NCBI GenBank assembly: GCA_040771865.1
Contig: JAXGZF010000006.1
Coordinates: forward strand, 124,001 to 188,000
Length of the DNA: 64,000 nt
DNA from: Desulfobacterales bacterium
GTDB taxonomy: Bacteria; Desulfobacterota; Desulfobacteria; Desulfobacterales; UBA2245
Direction of reading: 5' to 3'
In this document: piece by piece, positions 30,603 through 41,061 of the stretch
Layout of the letters: each line of letters begins with the position of its first letter
Numbering within the stretch: position 1 is the stretch's first letter
Program-made: the position numbers and the translations under genes
Notes under the pieces: generated by a model
Databases searched by the model: none
Told to the model about the DNA's origin: nothing
Seen by the model: the letters and a program-made list of their open reading frames with translations, nothing else

Positions 30603-31904
30603 ATGCCCATGGAATCACTCAATTCAGATCAGAAATTAGATGGATTTTTCAGCGCCCACCTGGATGAACAGGACATCGTCAAGCTCTACCAGTCCGCGTC
30701 TATTCAGGTGCTTGTCGACGAAGAGCAAGCTGTTCTGAAATCGGACAAGTTCCCGGCTGTTTATATCGTTTCGGGTCGGAAGATTGAGCTTATGAAATCC
30801 GATCAGCCGGTGGGTTACTTTAACTTCGAAGGCCCGGCCGTGATTTTGCCGGCGGGATTCCGGGTTCAGGTTTCCTCACCGGGTGCAGTGATGCATCTTC
30901 CGCTGATCGGCCTGGAAACATTGAGTGAAAAGAGCCGGCGGTTCTTCTGGGAACAAATTTATCAGTTCAACGCACAGGTCGTCGAAAAATGTCTGAATGA
31001 ATTCGAAACCATTTCCATACAAAACGCCCGGCTTCAGGAGGTCCTGTTCGACCGGCAGACCCGGTATTATTCAGACTATGAACGGCAGGAATTTGTCCAG
31101 GAAATTCTCGGCAAAATTCCCCAGCTTCCGGCTTTTGTCTATGATTTGACCGAAAAATTGATGGACGACAGCGTATCACAAACGGAAATCGTATCCAGGG
31201 TTCAGCAGGACCCTTCGATGGCGGCAAACATCCTGAAAGTCGTCAACTCGCCCCTCTACGGTTTTTCGCAGAAGATTCAGGATATCAACCAGGCTGTCAT
31301 GCTGCTGGGTCTTAATGAACTGCACAACATTCTGGTAGTCATCGGCTTCAGAATGACCATGCCGGTGCTGCCCCAGTTCATGGAGCTTTACATCCATTCA
31401 ACCGCCATATCGCGGATCGTTCTGGCCATTGCTCTGGAAACGCGTTTCGGACACCCCGCCCAGCTCAGAACCATCGGCCTGCTTCATGATGTGGGCCAAA
31501 GCGTCGTTCTGCTGCTCAAAAAGCAAAACGCCCGCCTGGCAATGCTGATCGACAGCCTGGATTCCGCCCGGCTCGGAGGGCTCCTCCTTTCCAGATGGAA
31601 ACTTCCGCCCGCTATCTGCGAGACGGTCCATTATCAGTTCTACCCGGATTTTTCAACACCCGAGAACATTCCTCAAGATCTTCGTCAGAATGTGGCGACC
31701 CTTTATCTGGCGCATCTGTGTTACGATTACCTGACGGGAAAGAAAAATCCCGCCCCGGTGTTCTTGCCGGCGTACCAGAACCTGCTGAATTTGTCGGAAT
31801 CGCCATTGGATGAACTGGTGGAAAAAAGGATTGTTCCGAGACTGAAAAAAGAGATACAAATTTTTCCGGCCTTTTTCCGCAAGATCCTCGAAAAGCGGAT
31901 TTAG
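30603..31904 (+). CDS. HDOD domain-containing signalling protein
   Basis: DPSMAANILKVVNSPLYG, AVMLLG, GLLHDVG and W.LP..I motifs; extra N-terminal region of unclear (possibly degenerate cNMP-binding) type. Confidence 0.88.
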   Translation: MPMESLNSDQKLDGFFSAHLDEQDIVKLYQSASIQVLVDEEQAVLKSDKFPAVYIVSGRKIELMKSDQPVGYFNFEGPAVILPAGFRVQVSSPGAVMHLPLIGLETLSEKSRRFFWEQIYQFNAQVVEKCLNEFETISIQNARLQEVLFDRQTRYYSDYERQEFVQEILGKIPQLPAFVYDLTEKLMDDSVSQTEIVSRVQQDPSMAANILKVVNSPLYGFSQKIQDINQAVMLLGLNELHNILVVIGFRMTMPVLPQFMELYIHSTAISRIVLAIALETRFGHPAQLRTIGLLHDVGQSVVLLLKKQNARLAMLIDSLDSARLGGLLLSRWKLPPAICETVHYQFYPDFSTPENIPQDLRQNVATLYLAHLCYDYLTGKKNPAPVFLPAYQNLLNLSESPLDELVEKRIVPRLKKEIQIFPAFFRKILEKRI

Positions 31905-31955
31905 CCGATCTTCTGATCCGGCGTGCCGGGTTTTGCCCCGGCCATGCGCAACCCG

Positions 31956-32633
31956 TCAATTTGAAAGATTTCGGCGCCTGACCCAGTAATCGTATTCATA
32001 CGGCCACTGATCCTTTCGAAAAATCATCAGCCGTTTCATGCGCTGATAAAAAGCATCCATTTCAGCCGCCACGCTTTCAGGTTTTTCCTTTTTTTCCCAG
32101 TCGGTTACAATTTTTTTGCCCAGATCAAAGGCCCTTGTCCGGATTTCCTTCGGAAAATCATCGCCCGAGATGGCGCCCATGGTTGCCCATACGGCGCCTA
32201 CCGGAACAACGCCTGTAATCGTCAGAAAATGATTCATGAATTCGGCGATCGGGGCTTCATCGCCGCCGCCGGAGGTGATGACCGACGCTCCGTATTTTCC
32301 TTCAAACCCGATGCAATGGAGGATTCCGCAACATCGGTCCATGAATGCCTTCAGCTGGGCGCTGACGCCGAATATGTAATTGGGACTGGCCAGTACCAGC
32401 CCGTCGGCTTCGAAAATTTTATTCTTAATGGCCTCAAAATCATCTTTTTGAATGCAGACACCTTTCTGATGGCAGACATCGCATCCCCTGCAGGGCAGAA
32501 CGGTGTCGCCTTTCAGCGATATGATTTCGGTTTTAGCGCCCTGACTTTCTGAACCACTTAGAACAATCCGCAGCAAACGCGCGGTGTTCCCCTTCATGCC
32601 GCGCGGGCTTCCCAGCAAGCTGATGATTCTCAT
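31956..32633 (-). CDS. Flavodoxin-like iron-sulfur flavoprotein / NADPH-dependent FMN reductase family
   Basis: GSPR..GNT, CRGCDVC-x5-C cluster motif, ASPNY and LKAFMDR. Confidence 0.9.
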   Translation of the reverse strand: MRIISLLGSPRGMKGNTARLLRIVLSGSESQGAKTEIISLKGDTVLPCRGCDVCHQKGVCIQKDDFEAIKNKIFEADGLVLASPNYIFGVSAQLKAFMDRCCGILHCIGFEGKYGASVITSGGGDEAPIAEFMNHFLTITGVVPVGAVWATMGAISGDDFPKEIRTRAFDLGKKIVTDWEKKEKPESVAAEMDAFYQRMKRLMIFRKDQWPYEYDYWVRRRNLSN

Positions 32634-32967
32634 ACCTACCTCCCGAATAAATAAAATGGACTATGGGGAAAGATATCAGATTTTCAGCCGGATTGGGGGA
32701 AATTTCATCCAAATTCTTTTTCATCGCAAGCCCTCTGAAAATCGGTTTTCCTTGTTCGTTCCCGGTCCGGTCGTTTGCCGGTTGATCAGAGCCGAAACTT
32801 CCTATATGATGCACCTGATTTTTCGAAGGGCTTCCTGCCCTGAACGGGCCGCGTTGAGGCGCCGCCTATTCGGACCTGCGCCGTTGCGCCCAGGCGGGGG
32901 TGAAAAAACGCCCCCTTTTTGTTGAAGTTGAAAGGAAAATCAGCTGCGGAAGAAAAACATATTTAAA

Positions 32968-34377
32968 TTGATGAGAATTTCTTCTTTCATACCGCTTCTT
33001 TTAATGGCAGCCGCCTTTTTTTCCCTGGAATCGTGCAGCTGTTTTGCCCCGAAAACCCGAATGTCTCCGGAAGGCGAGCTTCCTGCCGCTTTTTCCCTCT
33101 ATCCGGGAGACCGCGACCCGTCGTTGCGGTGGTGGGAGGAATTTTCCGACCCGGAGTTGAATGCGCTGATTGAATCCGCCTTTTCCGATAACCTGACGCT
33201 GAAAAAGGCCTGGGCGCGTCTTGCCCAGGCACGGGCGATCGCCGTTCAGGCAGGATCCGGAATATATCCGAATCTGACCGGGGTTGCGGACGCGGCCCAT
33301 TCCCGAAGCAGCGCAAACAGTTCCCACACGGCAAGAGAGTATTCCGTGGGACTGATGAGCAGTTACGAACTGGATCTGTGGGGGAAAATCCGTTCGCAAC
33401 AGGAGGCGGCAAATCTGGAAGCGGGCGCCGTTCGCGAAGATCTCAACGCGGCCGCCGTAACCCTGGCCGCCGAGGTGGCAATCCGCTGGGCGAATATCAT
33501 TTCCCGAAGAATGCAGAAAAGTCTTCTGGAAAAACAGCTCAAGACCAATGAAACTTATCTGGAACTCGTTGAGCTTCGCTTCCGAAAAGCCATGGCCTCG
33601 GCTCTGGACGTGTATCAGCAGCGCCAGCTGGTGGAACAGGTGCGGGCGGAAATTCCGCTGGTGGAATCCGGTGAACAGCTGCTGCTGCATGAGATGGCGC
33701 TGCTGCTGGGAAAGCCCCCGCGCACCCGGCTTGAAATCAACCGGAATAACCTGCCGATTCCCGTGCAGACACCGGCGACCGGGCTTCCTGCCGATCTTCT
33801 CCTGTCAAGACCCGACGTGCGGGCAGCCGGGCTGCGGCTTCAGTCTGCGGACTGGGATACGGCCGCTGCCCGGGCAGATCGCCTTCCGGCCATCCGTCTG
33901 ACGGCGCAGGCGATTTACAGCGGAGATGAAATCGTCCGGGTCTTTGACAACTGGCTGATCAGCCTGGCGGGCAATCTGAGCGCTCCGATTCTGGACGGAA
34001 ATAAACGCGTCGCGGAAGTGGACCGTACCGAAGCGGTTGCGGACGAAAATCTGGCCGCTTTTCGGGAAACGGCGTTAACGGCCGTCAAGGAAGTGGAAGA
34101 CGCGCTTGCCGGCGAGGCTGGGCAGCGTCTTCACATCGAAGGGCTTGAACGGGAAATCGATGCCGCAAACAACGCTTTGAATGAGGCCCGGGAGCGGTAC
34201 CGAAAGGGGCTCAACGATTACCTGCCCGTACTTGCCGAGCTTCTGGCGGTTCAGAGGCTGGAAAGGGATCTGGTTTTGCAGCGCACGGAACTCTTTATCA
34301 ACCGGATCAACCTCCACCGGGCACTTGGCGGCGTCTGGACCCGATCGCTGGCTCCGGATGCCGGATCAAAAGGATGA
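32968..34377 (+). CDS. RND efflux outer-membrane lipoprotein (NodT/OprM family)
   Basis: WWEEFSDPELNALI, YELDLWG, RPDVRAA, KEVEDAL and RALGG motifs. Confidence 0.92.
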   Translation: MMRISSFIPLLLMAAAFFSLESCSCFAPKTRMSPEGELPAAFSLYPGDRDPSLRWWEEFSDPELNALIESAFSDNLTLKKAWARLAQARAIAVQAGSGIYPNLTGVADAAHSRSSANSSHTAREYSVGLMSSYELDLWGKIRSQQEAANLEAGAVREDLNAAAVTLAAEVAIRWANIISRRMQKSLLEKQLKTNETYLELVELRFRKAMASALDVYQQRQLVEQVRAEIPLVESGEQLLLHEMALLLGKPPRTRLEINRNNLPIPVQTPATGLPADLLLSRPDVRAAGLRLQSADWDTAAARADRLPAIRLTAQAIYSGDEIVRVFDNWLISLAGNLSAPILDGNKRVAEVDRTEAVADENLAAFRETALTAVKEVEDALAGEAGQRLHIEGLEREIDAANNALNEARERYRKGLNDYLPVLAELLAVQRLERDLVLQRTELFINRINLHRALGGVWTRSLAPDAGSKG

Positions 34378-34398
34378 TGTATTTTTGAAAGACACGGC

Positions 34399-35661
34399 AT
34401 GAAGAAAGAACAGATCGAGGATAGAGGCGGAAACGAACGGACAGCGGATGGATGGCGCGTTTGGCTGAAAATCGTTCTGCCCCTGCTGATACTTGCCCTG
34501 GGCATCGCCGGTGCCGTCTATCTTAAAAACACCGGCCCGGAAGCGCCGCTAAAGTCCCCCGAAAAAGTGGTTCCGCAGGTTCAGACGATTGTTGTGCATC
34601 CAGGTTCTCGGCGCGTGTCGGCGCCGGCCATGGGAACCGTGGTTCCTTCCCGTGAAATTATGTTAAAGAGCCGTGTGTCCGGTGAAATTGTCTTTGCGCA
34701 TCCAGAATTTGTGGATGGCGGGCTGATCCGGAAAGACGAGGTGATATTGGAGATCGATCCGGCGGATTACGCGCTGATCGTTACCCAGAAGGAAAGCGGC
34801 TTGACCGAGGCGCGTTACGAGCTGCAGCTGGAACTGGGGCGCCAGGACGTGGCCGAAAGGGAGTGGAAAATGCTGAACGGCGATGCGCCGGCCGATCCTT
34901 CGGATGAATTCCTGGCACTGAGAAAGCCGCACCTTGAAAAGGCCCGTGCGGATCTGAGGGCCGCCGAGGCGGATCTTGAAAAGGCGCGTCTGGATCTGGC
35001 CCGCACCCGGATTACGGCGCCCTTTGATGCTGTTGTTCGAAGCAGAAACGTGGAAACGGGATCGCAGACAACCGCCGGCGAGTTGCTGGCAACCCTGGTG
35101 GGAACCGACTCATACTGGATTCAGGCATCCCTTTCGGTCAGCCGCCTGAAATGGATTCAGGCGCCGCGAAAGACCGGGCAGCCCGGATCACCGGTGCGGG
35201 TCTTCTATTCGGAAGGTCGCGAGCGACGGGGAACGGTAATCCGCCTGTTGAGCGATCTTCAGACCGACGGGCGCCTGGCGCGGCTGCTGATCGAGGTTCC
35301 GGACCCGCTCAACATCCGTCCGGCTCCCGCAAACCTGCCGCCGCTGCTGCTCGGCGAGTACGTACGCCTTGAAATCGAAGGCGCGGAGATCGCCAATGCC
35401 TTTGTGATTCCAAGACCCGCGCTTCGGGACGGTTCCCGCATCTGGGTTGCCAGTTCGAATTCCAGGCTCGAAATCCGTTCCGTTGAACCCGTCTGGAGCG
35501 ACGAACAAACAATTTATCTCAATCAGGGACTTGCCGATGGCGAACAGCTGATTGTTTCGGATCTTGCCGTTCCGGTTGACGGCATGGAACTGCGCATCGA
35601 AAAGACCGGACAAAAATCGCCGTTACAGACCGACGCAACGCAGGCCGGTCATCAACCATGA
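34399..35661 (+). CDS. RND efflux periplasmic adaptor (membrane fusion protein)
   Basis: Single TM, SRVSGEI, coiled coil and RTRITAPFDA; lies between the OMP and permease genes. Confidence 0.92.
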   Translation: MKKEQIEDRGGNERTADGWRVWLKIVLPLLILALGIAGAVYLKNTGPEAPLKSPEKVVPQVQTIVVHPGSRRVSAPAMGTVVPSREIMLKSRVSGEIVFAHPEFVDGGLIRKDEVILEIDPADYALIVTQKESGLTEARYELQLELGRQDVAEREWKMLNGDAPADPSDEFLALRKPHLEKARADLRAAEADLEKARLDLARTRITAPFDAVVRSRNVETGSQTTAGELLATLVGTDSYWIQASLSVSRLKWIQAPRKTGQPGSPVRVFYSEGRERRGTVIRLLSDLQTDGRLARLLIEVPDPLNIRPAPANLPPLLLGEYVRLEIEGAEIANAFVIPRPALRDGSRIWVASSNSRLEIRSVEPVWSDEQTIYLNQGLADGEQLIVSDLAVPVDGMELRIEKTGQKSPLQTDATQAGHQP

Positions 35662-35699
35662 AGCATGATTCGTAAACTTCATGATGAAATAATAGTCCT

Positions 35700-38600
35700 A
35701 TGACGCATGACGCCTTCGAAACAGAGATCAAACGGGGCCCGATCGCCTGGATGGCCGGCAACAGCGTGGCCGCCAACCTGATCATGGTCGTTTTTCTGAT
35801 CGGCGGGCTGATCTGGGCAAACCGCGTCAAGCAGGAAGTATTTCCGGAATTTGAAACCGATACGGTGACGATTTCGGTTGCTTATCCCGGCGCCAGCCCG
35901 GAGGAGGTGGAACAGGGCATCATACTGGCAGCCGAGGAGGCGGTTCAGGGTCTGGACGGGATTGACGAAGTCACTTCCAGCGCCCGGGAAGGCTCCGGAA
36001 CGGTAACGGTTAAAGCGCTTCAGGGCGCCGACCTTCAGAAACTTGCCCAGGATGTTCAAAACGAGGTGGACCGCATCACCTCCTTTCCCGAAGATTCTGA
36101 AAAACCGCAAGTCGAAATTTCAACCCACCGTCATGAGGTGGTTTCCCTGGTGGTTTACGGGGATCAGGACGAACATCTGCTGCGGGAAACAGCCGAGCAC
36201 CTCCGGGACGGGCTGTTGCAGGAACCCGGCATCACCCAGGTGGATCTTTCCGGTATTCGGGATCTTGAAATCAGCATCGAGGTGCCTCAGGCGAATCTTC
36301 GCACCTACAACCTGACCCTGGAAGAAATCGCCCGGCGCGTCGGAAACAATGCAGTGGAACTGGCCGGCGGGCAGCTCAAGACTCAAGCCGGCGAAATTCT
36401 CGTGCGCATGAAAGAACGCCGGGACTGGGGACGCGAGTTCGGCCGGATTCCCATCATCACCGCCAACGACGGAACCGTAGTGCTGCTGGACGACATCGCC
36501 TCGGTCATCGACGGATTCGAGGACAGTGATTACCAGGCTTCCTATAACGGCAAGCCGGCCGTGATGGTGGATGTCTACCGGGTAGGTGAACAGACGCCGA
36601 TCGCCGTTTCCAGGGCAGTAAACCATTACCTGGACAGAGTAAGACCGAGTCTGGCGCCGGGAATTTTTGTTGAATCCCGGAACGACCGTTCCGAGGTCTA
36701 TCGCCAGCGGCTGGACCTTCTCATGACCAACGGCTATGTGGGCCTCGGACTGGTGTTCATTTTTCTCGGATTCTTCCTGGAGCTCCGCCTGGCCTTCTGG
36801 GTGGCCATGGGCATTCCGGTATCCTTTCTGGGCTCCCTGCTCTTTCTGCCGGCATTGGGCGTGAGCATCAACATGATGTCCATGTTCGCCTTTATCATCG
36901 CCCTGGGAATCGTGGTGGACGATGCCATTGTCGTGGGGGAGAACATATACCACTATCGACAGGCGGGGATGCCCTTTCTGGCGGCCTCCATTCGGGGAGC
37001 GAAGGAAGTGGCCATGCCGGTGACCTTCAGCATTCTGACCAACATCGCCGCCTTTTTACCACTGGCCTTTGTCCCGGGCGACATGGGAAAGGTTTTCAAG
37101 GCCATACCGCTTGTCGTTATTACGGTTTTCATCATCTCGCTTGTGGAAAGCCTTTTTGTGCTGCCCGCGCATCTGGCTCACGATCACCGGCGCGGTCTCA
37201 AGGGTTTCAGAAAATGGCTGCATCAGCGGCAGCAGGATTTCAGCGAAGGCTTCTCCCTGCTGGTGCGACGACGCTATGGTCCTTTTCTGAATTTTGCGCT
37301 TCGAAACCGCTACACGACATTTTCCACCGGCTGTGTGGTTCTGCTGCTGGCCGTCGGATTCGTTCAGAGCGGGCGCATGGGCATGACCCTTATGCCCCGC
37401 GTTGAATCGGACTATGCGTTTGCAGAAGCATCGCTCCCCTATGGTTCGCCGGTGTCAAAAACCCGGGCTGTTCAGGACCGCCTCGTGCAGGCTGCCCGAA
37501 TGGTGGCCGACGAAAACGGCGGAGACAAGCTGGTGGAAGGAATCTATTCGGAAATCGGCAAATCCACCACCGGCGCTTCGGGAGGCCATTGCCTTCAGGT
37601 CAGAGTGTATCTGACCGACCCGGGAATCCGCCCCATCGGAACAGCCCGTTTCATCGAACTCTGGCGCCAGAAGGCGGGAGAAATTTCAGGACTTGAGAAT
37701 ATTTCTTTGCAGTCCGATCGCGGAGGTCCTGGATCCGGCAAGGCCCTGACCATCGAACTGGCCCACCGTGACCTGACCGTTCTGGAACAGGCAGGCGTGG
37801 ACCTTGCGCAAACCCTGGATAATTTTGCCAACGTCAAGGACATCGACGATGGATTTTCTCCGGGAAAACAGCAGCTGAATTTCATTGTCCGGCCCGAAGG
37901 CCGGGCACTGGGACTGACGTCCCGGGAAGCGGCCCGGCAGGTACGAAACGCCTTTTACGGCGCCGAGGCCCTGCGTCAGCAGCGCGGTCGAAACGAAGTC
38001 AAGGTTATGGCGCGTTTGCCGGAAAAGGAACGGATCTCGGAATACCACGTGGAAACGCTGATGCTTAAAGCGCCCAACGGCGCAGAGATTCCGCTGCTGG
38101 AAGCCTTTGAGGTCAGCCGGGGCCGGGCCTATACCGAGATCAACCGGAGAAACGGACGGCGCGTCATTACGGTGACCGGGGATGTGGATCCGCCCAGCCA
38201 GGCGGCATGGGTCGTCAAGGCCCTTGAGAAAGAGGCCCTGCCTGATCTGACTCGTCGATACCAGGGCCTGAGCTACGGCTTTGAAGGCCGTCAGGCCGAC
38301 ATGGCGGAAAGCATGCAGAGCCTAGTGACGGGCCTGATGATGGCCCTGCTGGTCATGTACGCGCTTCTGGCCGTTCCGTTCAGAAGCTATATTCAGCCGG
38401 CCATCGTCATGATCAGCATTCCTTTTGGAATCGTCGGAGCGGTTCTGGGACACCTTCTGATGGGATACGGTCTCAGCGTGATGAGCATGTTCGGCGTGGT
38501 GGCCCTGTCCGGAGTGGTGGTCAACGACTCCCTGGTGCTGATTGAATTTGCCAACCGCATGCGCAGGCTGGGCGTGTCCCCGGCCGAGGCGATCAATGCT

Positions 38601-38861
38601 TCCGGAATACAGCGCTTCCGGCCCATTCTGCTTACCACCCTGACCACCTTCGGCGGTCTTGCGCCGATGATCTTCGAGACCTCCCGTCAGGCGCGTTTCA
38701 TGATACCCATGGCCATTTCCCTGGGGTTCGGCATCCTGTTTGCGACGGTGATCACTCTGGTGATCGTTCCCTGCCTTTATCTTATCGTTGAGGACGTAAA
38801 ACACCAGGGAATTCGGATTTTCGGCCATAAAGAGCTCGAAAAAACGGAACACGCTCCATAA
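35700..38861 (+). CDS. RND efflux permease (AcrB/AcrD/AcrF family)
   Basis: YPGASPEEVE, GIVVDDAIVVGENI, GVVVNDSLVL and RFRPILLTTLTT motifs; 1053 aa. Confidence 0.96.
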   Translation: MTHDAFETEIKRGPIAWMAGNSVAANLIMVVFLIGGLIWANRVKQEVFPEFETDTVTISVAYPGASPEEVEQGIILAAEEAVQGLDGIDEVTSSAREGSGTVTVKALQGADLQKLAQDVQNEVDRITSFPEDSEKPQVEISTHRHEVVSLVVYGDQDEHLLRETAEHLRDGLLQEPGITQVDLSGIRDLEISIEVPQANLRTYNLTLEEIARRVGNNAVELAGGQLKTQAGEILVRMKERRDWGREFGRIPIITANDGTVVLLDDIASVIDGFEDSDYQASYNGKPAVMVDVYRVGEQTPIAVSRAVNHYLDRVRPSLAPGIFVESRNDRSEVYRQRLDLLMTNGYVGLGLVFIFLGFFLELRLAFWVAMGIPVSFLGSLLFLPALGVSINMMSMFAFIIALGIVVDDAIVVGENIYHYRQAGMPFLAASIRGAKEVAMPVTFSILTNIAAFLPLAFVPGDMGKVFKAIPLVVITVFIISLVESLFVLPAHLAHDHRRGLKGFRKWLHQRQQDFSEGFSLLVRRRYGPFLNFALRNRYTTFSTGCVVLLLAVGFVQSGRMGMTLMPRVESDYAFAEASLPYGSPVSKTRAVQDRLVQAARMVADENGGDKLVEGIYSEIGKSTTGASGGHCLQVRVYLTDPGIRPIGTARFIELWRQKAGEISGLENISLQSDRGGPGSGKALTIELAHRDLTVLEQAGVDLAQTLDNFANVKDIDDGFSPGKQQLNFIVRPEGRALGLTSREAARQVRNAFYGAEALRQQRGRNEVKVMARLPEKERISEYHVETLMLKAPNGAEIPLLEAFEVSRGRAYTEINRRNGRRVITVTGDVDPPSQAAWVVKALEKEALPDLTRRYQGLSYGFEGRQADMAESMQSLVTGLMMALLVMYALLAVPFRSYIQPAIVMISIPFGIVGAVLGHLLMGYGLSVMSMFGVVALSGVVVNDSLVLIEFANRMRRLGVSPAEAINASGIQRFRPILLTTLTTFGGLAPMIFETSRQARFMIPMAISLGFGILFATVITLVIVPCLYLIVEDVKHQGIRIFGHKELEKTEHAP

Positions 38862-38901
38862 GTTATCCCCCTTGACGGCGGTTCGTATAATGGATGATCC
38901 A

Positions 38902-39162
38902 TCATGCCTTGTTTCGCCGCTTATCCTCAAGAATGTCGCCCGCCCGTTTTAACAAAATTGATTTCCAGTTCTTGATCTGATTGGGGTGGAGCTGATAGTG
39001 CTCGGCCAGCTCTTTGAGGCGCCGTTTTCTATTGATGAATTCGGACACGACCTTTGCTTTGAAAGCACCGCTGTATGTGTTGCGTTTTCCTGCCGTTTCC
39101 GTACCTTTCGAGGGAACGTTTTCCGTTGACGCGGCGCTTTCCGGCGTTGTGGTATGATGCAT
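38902..39162 (-). CDS. Stand-alone IS3-family OrfA-like helix-turn-helix protein
   Basis: RNTYSGAFKAKVV...LKELAEHYQLHPNQIKNWK resembles the transposase OrfA HTH. No OrfB/DDE frame follows. Start uncertain (39162 or 39180). Confidence 0.7.
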   Translation of the reverse strand: MHHTTTPESAASTENVPSKGTETAGKRNTYSGAFKAKVVSEFINRKRRLKELAEHYQLHPNQIKNWKSILLKRAGDILEDKRRNKA

Positions 39163-39413
39163 GATGCTCTGTCCCCGCATGTTATTGATTCGGTTTTCCA
39201 ACCAGCAGCACACAGCCTTACATTCGGTTCAGTCGAAAATATTGATGAAATGGTTATACTTCGAAAGGGGTTTCCCCACTTTTTTTCTGCAAAATGATTG
39301 AACCTCATGGACAATTCATTGCTCGCGCCCCCTATCGAATCGTATTCCCATGGCTCCCGGAAGATGATATGCTTGAATCAAACGGGTGTAACTATTTTCC
39401 AAAGGAAACTGAA

Positions 39414-40661
39414 ATGGCGCCTTTTTTTAACATATTTTCCGGCCCGTCCGCCGAAAAGCTGGAGCAAAAGGGAGATGCCCTGTTCGAGGCCAAAGCCTGG
39501 GGCCAGGCCAAGCAGACTTACGAGCGTGCGCTGGAAAAGCTGGAAAAGCGTCCGGACCCTGATTCCGCTGATTGGAACAGGATACGCGACAAGATTCATC
39601 AGACCCGGGAAGCCCTGGCCGCGGAGCATCGGCAGAGCGCGGAAGATTTTGCGGAAAACGGATATCCGGACGAGGCCCGGAATCTGTTTGCCCTGGCATG
39701 GGAGCTCACCACGGATGCGGTATTCAAAAAGGAACTGGAAGAACGGATCCGTCAGATCGCATTGTTACGGACCCGGCAGGTGGATGAAGAATCGCCGGAT
39801 CTCTCTTATGCATTCGAAGAAGAATATGCGGAACAAACCTCGGACGATGAATATTTTATAGCTTTGTGCAGCGCCCTGCCCGAAAAGGTTCGCGATGTCT
39901 ATCCGCACTATGGAGAAGACTTTAAAACCGGGTATGTCGCACTGAACCTCGGTGATTTTGAGGTCGCCGCAGAGAATCTTTTACGCGCCATGGAGCAGAA
40001 CCCGCATCCGGAGAGTTACGTCCCTTTGGAACTGGCGACCGCCTATCTGAATCTGAACCGCCTCAACGAAGCTCAAGAGTTGCTCGAAGGCTTTCTGAAG
40101 CACCATCCTGAAGCCCTGCCCGCATATCAGCTTCTGTGCGAAATCTTCTGGGAACAAAGAGAGTTTCAACAGGCAGACGCCCTGCTTGCCTCCGTACCGG
40201 ATGAATTTGCCGAATCCGTGGCCGTTTCGCTTCTGAAGGGCGAAACGCTCTGCCGCGCCGGAAATTATCAAGAGGCCCGGAATTATTATTCCAGATTTCT
40301 GAAAACCTATGGCTGGAATCTGGCCGTCTCCCGCGAACTTGCCAAGATCTATGAAATCCACGGGGAGTCGCGAATGGCTCGTGGAATCTACAAGGAAATC
40401 CTCGACCGATATAAAAACTGCCGCGCACCGATCGACCCGGAAATCAAGCATCGATATGCGGAACTGTGTTTTTCGGCCGGCATGCACGGCCCCGAATTAT
40501 TGGAATTGTATCTTTCCCTGGTGCGGGAGGCGCCGGACAAAGCGGCGCAGCACTATGACCGCATCAGCCGGATTTACGAGGCCCAGGGCAATACGTATGA
40601 GGCAGAACGGTTCCGCGCGTTTTCAATCAAAGCCGGCGGTGGAAATTCCACCGAAGGCTGA
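39414..40661 (+). CDS. Tetratricopeptide-repeat protein
   Basis: Repeated helical TPR-like units (GDALFEAKAWGQAKQTYERAL, GDFEVAAENLLRA); AAGGA RBS before ATG 39414. Confidence 0.85.
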   Translation: MAPFFNIFSGPSAEKLEQKGDALFEAKAWGQAKQTYERALEKLEKRPDPDSADWNRIRDKIHQTREALAAEHRQSAEDFAENGYPDEARNLFALAWELTTDAVFKKELEERIRQIALLRTRQVDEESPDLSYAFEEEYAEQTSDDEYFIALCSALPEKVRDVYPHYGEDFKTGYVALNLGDFEVAAENLLRAMEQNPHPESYVPLELATAYLNLNRLNEAQELLEGFLKHHPEALPAYQLLCEIFWEQREFQQADALLASVPDEFAESVAVSLLKGETLCRAGNYQEARNYYSRFLKTYGWNLAVSRELAKIYEIHGESRMARGIYKEILDRYKNCRAPIDPEIKHRYAELCFSAGMHGPELLELYLSLVREAPDKAAQHYDRISRIYEAQGNTYEAERFRAFSIKAGGGNSTEG

Positions 40662-40902
40662 TCAAACGCGGAAAAATTCGAAATTAGGTCGAGGCCTGGT
40701 GAAACAGGGGTTGGTGACATCCGACTTCGAAAGGGAGTATTCAAAATTCTGTGTCACGGGCCAAAAAAAAATCCTCAGTACGGTCTTCGGCCCTTTTCAT
40801 GAGAACAAAGCAGCGCCATTTTTTGGGCCTGACGTTAAAGAAAAAGGATTCCCGCTCCTGTCATCGGCCGATCAAAAATTGCAGATAATACGCGAAGATT
40901 TT

Positions 40903-41061
40903 TCAGACGATATGTAAATCCGGATTGCCCTTGCGCCGTCGAATGACTCTGGCGCCGCAGGTTGCATTTTCGGAGGGCGAACTGTCTTTTTTGTCCTGAT
41001 CGATCTGTGAAAGCATCTGGTACAATCTGGCTTCAATCTCTTTTCTTTTGGCTTCGTCCAT
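40903..41061 (-). CDS. Small hypothetical protein (52 aa)
   Basis: MDEAKRKEIEARLYQMLSQI...ARVIRRRKGNPDLHIV; protein-like, with a purine-rich upstream region. Confidence 0.55.
   Translation of the reverse strand: MDEAKRKEIEARLYQMLSQIDQDKKDSSPSENATCGARVIRRRKGNPDLHIV

Noticed and set aside
35657..35685. catgaag...cttcatg hairpin between the MFP and RND genes (similar one near 20606-20645)
   Set aside because: Too short and degenerate to call as a repeat family from two instances.
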